Source: Podarcis cretensis
Taxonomy: Eukaryota
Reading direction: 5' to 3'
Assembly: GCA_951804945.1 (NCBI GenBank)
Contig: OX638158.1
Coordinates: 44,764,001 to 44,828,000, forward strand
DNA length: 64,000 nucleotides
Shown here piece by piece: positions 60,816-64,000 of this stretch. Numbering within the stretch: the first letter of the stretch is position 1; each line of letters opens with the position of its first letter. The notes under the pieces are model-generated. The model did no database searches, was not told the origin of the DNA, and saw only the letters and a list, made by a program, of their open reading frames with translations. Both the position numbers and the translations under genes were made by a program.

Positions 60816-62486
60816 AGCTGGATCACTGTGCTTTCCTTTTTAACATCTTGTGACATGATCTAGACCACGCTTCAGTTGCACTAATCATATATTATACAAT
60901 ACCATACCTCTCTGGAAACTGCCTTCCAGGACAAACTTAGCAGTCTGTCTTCTCCTGTCATTAACACCACAATCTGTTTAGTAACGAGAGAGATGAAACA
61001 TTTCAAGGCCTATATGATTCTTTCTGCTACTTGATCTCTGGATACTTCTCATTTCAAACTCAACTCCTAAACAGTTCTACTTTTTGCTTGCCTTTATTTG
61101 ATTAGGGGAGGAAAGCCTAATATTTGCAAGACTCTAGGCCTATCTGCAGAAGCATGCTATGTACGATACTTCACTTCCTTTATGCCATAAGTAATGTAAC
61201 AATTCCCAGGAGAGAAAAAAGTTAAAAGTTGTTTTGAAATATATTTTTATCTTCTCTCTTGTTCAGACAAATAGAAGGACCTTAAAGCATGCAGCAGGAA
61301 GGGAAGCTGTACTGTTAAACCCAGACTTAAACAGGCCATAAACAAATATAAAGGACTTGGTTTAGCAAGGTGAGCTTTGGATCTTAATAACTGTGCCCTT
61401 GTGATACATTTTGAAGCATGCAGTATTTCTAGAACCCTGAAGTGCTGTTATGAAAAGAACAACATATGACAGAATTCTGCAGAGATTGGAGCCTTTGGCT
61501 CTCTGTGGTCACATAATGAGCCTACACTGAGCCATTCTACCTGTAAAAAGCAGATTTGTTGCATTTTATTTAATGTAATGGAAAGTCTGAGGTCTTTCTT
61601 TTTCTCCAGGTTAGAAAGAATGGCACATTCCATTTTAATAATTCATTCCTTCAGTTTCTTTTAAAATAATCATATATTTTTTTAATTTCCAAAGAGAGAA
61701 AAAGAAAGCTCTTGTATACACTCTACAGTGATTTCTGAAACTAGCAGGCTTTGCGACTGCCATTCGGCAAAGACTGCATGGAGAAATCAGTTGTAGTCTT
61801 CTTTTTAATAAGTCTTGTTACCACTGAGATTGTATACAAACAGAAAGCCTGGAAAACTGGGAAAGCAAGGATACTTTTGTAGGGGACTGGAGAGCATGAC
61901 TAGTGCAAATCACCCTTAAAAAGAATATTTGTTTATTCCAGCGGGAAGTGATTGAAGAAAACTTCTCCCTGTTGCCTCCTAGTTGAAATGGAAGATTTGG
62001 AAGATGACAATATCTTAAAGAATCTTAATTTACACACCAGCATAATTCAGTTAAAATATTAAGCACTTTTAAGACACACTGAAGAAAGTTAAACAGCTGT
62101 TTTCATATCCCACCTCCTAACAGAAATATATGAGACTTGAAAGTTCTGGCTGGATCATCATGCTCCATCTCAGGGCAATTGCCAAAATCTTTGATTACAT
62201 GGTGTATTTGCATTAAAACAGTCATGGCACTCTGAAGTGGCAACTGAAACAAGGATAGACAGCATGCCTCTGCAAACCAAGAGCTGGAGAATTCCCCCGA
62301 CACACACTTTTTTTGGTGAGGAAATACTTTCAGTAACCTTGCTTATGGAAGAAAAGGATTCCAGACTTCTAGAAAGATTACAATATATATCTACGTGGTT
62401 CTACCTTGGGCATTCAGTATTGTAGTGTGCCATTAAGTTACCCTAAACTAAAGAAAGTCTGAGAAAATATATTATGAACCAAGCTA

Positions 62487-62731
62487 CCGTATTTTTTGCT
62501 CTATAAGACTCATGTTTTCCCTCCTAAAAAGTAAGGGGAAATGTGTGTGAGTCTTATGGAGCGAATGCAGGCTGTGTAGCTATCCCAGAAGCCAGAACAG
62601 CAAGAGGGATTGCTGCTTTCACTCTTGTTGTTCTGGCTTCTGAGATTCAGAATATTTTTTTTCTTGTTTACCTCCTCCAAAAACTAGGTGCTTCTTATGG
62701 TGTGGTGCATCTTATAGAGCAAAAAATACGG
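62487..62731. mobile_element. CCGTA-TIR (Tc2/pogo-like) MITE
   Basis: TIRs CCGTATTTTTTGCTCTATAAGA / TCTTATAGAGCAAAAAATACGG; TA flanks. Confidence 0.9.
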
Positions 62732-63499
62732 TAATCACTTTAGCTAAAGGAATAAATCATAACAAGACTCCTCAAGATTTATACAGAAGCCAGCAAAAAG
62801 CATATAAGCATTAAGCAACACAATCTGAAAACCTTCCACACATGAAAGTGTTTACTGTGGCAATCATCAATGCGAGCACTGTGACAGGCGTCAAGATCAT
62901 TTATTTTATTTCATTTCTAAAAGTATTTATATACCCCCCAATTCATAAAATATTAGGGTGATGTACAGCAACATGTAAACAGTAAAAGATGAAAAACCAT
63001 GAAAACGGTAGAGAAAAACCAAACTGTGATTCATGTGAATCAAGATTCACAGTTTCTGAATCTAGGTTTGTGATCTATTAACCTTTGAAATAAGCCACTT
63101 AAGGCTGCAGAGTAGAGAAAGAATGTGTAGTATTGATCTATCTGATCCTGGAATAGTTCCACCACCACACTACTTTCCAGGCAGCTCATTAGCTCCTCAC
63201 GACCTGGTGAAGTTATAAATACTTCCAAGGAAGGGCAGCCATTAGGCCCTGTCCTTGCTGGTTCACCTCCCTAGCCACTCCAGATGTGGCTTTTCCTTTT
63301 TCCTGATCCTCGCTTCACTTTCATCTGTCACATTTGTGTTGCATCAGGCTTCTTTACACATTTTTGTCTACTTGAAGAAGCCATGGTCCGATCTGAAAAA
63401 TACAAATATTTAGGTTACAAAACTGTAAAAAGAAAGAAAAATTAAGTTTGCAAAACAATAATTAACATGTGGTTAGGGTAGATCAACGTTTCAGTGTCT

Positions 63500-63670
63500 A
63501 CTTATCCCCAGTGTAAATATGACATATTGGCAAAAGTCGGAAATTGGAAGATAACTATAGCATGTACATGAAAATCGATTTCAGATTTGAAATCAGCATT
63601 GAAAGAACGTATAAGAACAGTTGAAAAATCTCATGCAAAAGAAAATGCAAAAAAAAATTGTTCCCCAGTA
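63500..63670. mobile_element. Possible Chapaev-like DNA transposon end
   Basis: cagatttgaaatcagca...aaaaaattgttccccagt resembles, from memory, Chapaev3 subterminal and terminal sequence; unverified. Confidence 0.3.
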
Positions 63671-64000
63671 TACTGTGTATCCCAAGGGAATACATTTTTT
63701 TGCATACCTCCAACTGTACATAGAGATACATGTCATTTTCAATGCTACACATGTCATGTTCAATGCTATATAAGTCACTTACATTTATGCTCATATTGTA
63801 CTACTTTGGCTATGTGTTTAATAAAACATTGAATTCTTGCATTGTGAAAAACAAAGATTATGGTGAAAAGTGAAAAACATGAATTACAAAAAAACCTAGA
63901 GCTTACAGAACAAAACCAACTTCAGATAAGAAATCAGCACGTTGAAATTAGGTTAGAACAACTGCAGGTGTTCAGCAGGGGGCCAGTCCGCTGTCCCTCA

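Overview
Vertebrate non-coding genomic DNA, almost certainly from a lacertid lizard: it is dense in Sauria/Squam1 SINEs, tRNA-Lys/CR1-tailed SINEs, L1, L2, CR1 and RTE-X fragments, and Tc1/mariner and hAT MITEs. I find no intact host protein-coding gene. The window looks like a long intron or gene desert with several AT-rich, homeodomain-motif-rich blocks that may be conserved enhancers. The only host-gene-like sequence is a decayed, apparently intron-less embigin fragment (about 122-393). Best leads: (1) three diverged ~0.8-kb TSD-less cassettes (plus a possible fourth partial one) that conserve RNA-like helices by compensatory change between a TATA box and AATAAA, possibly Ngaro/DIRS solo repeats; (2) an 826-bp solo LTR whose U3 is one uninterrupted ~232-codon acidic ORF ending in an Arg-rich motif; (3) an interleaved A-B-A'-B' inverted duplication at 50.6-51.0 kb; (4) two candidate recursive-splicing (AG|GTAAG) sites. 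Repeat family names come from recognition of sequence, not database searches.
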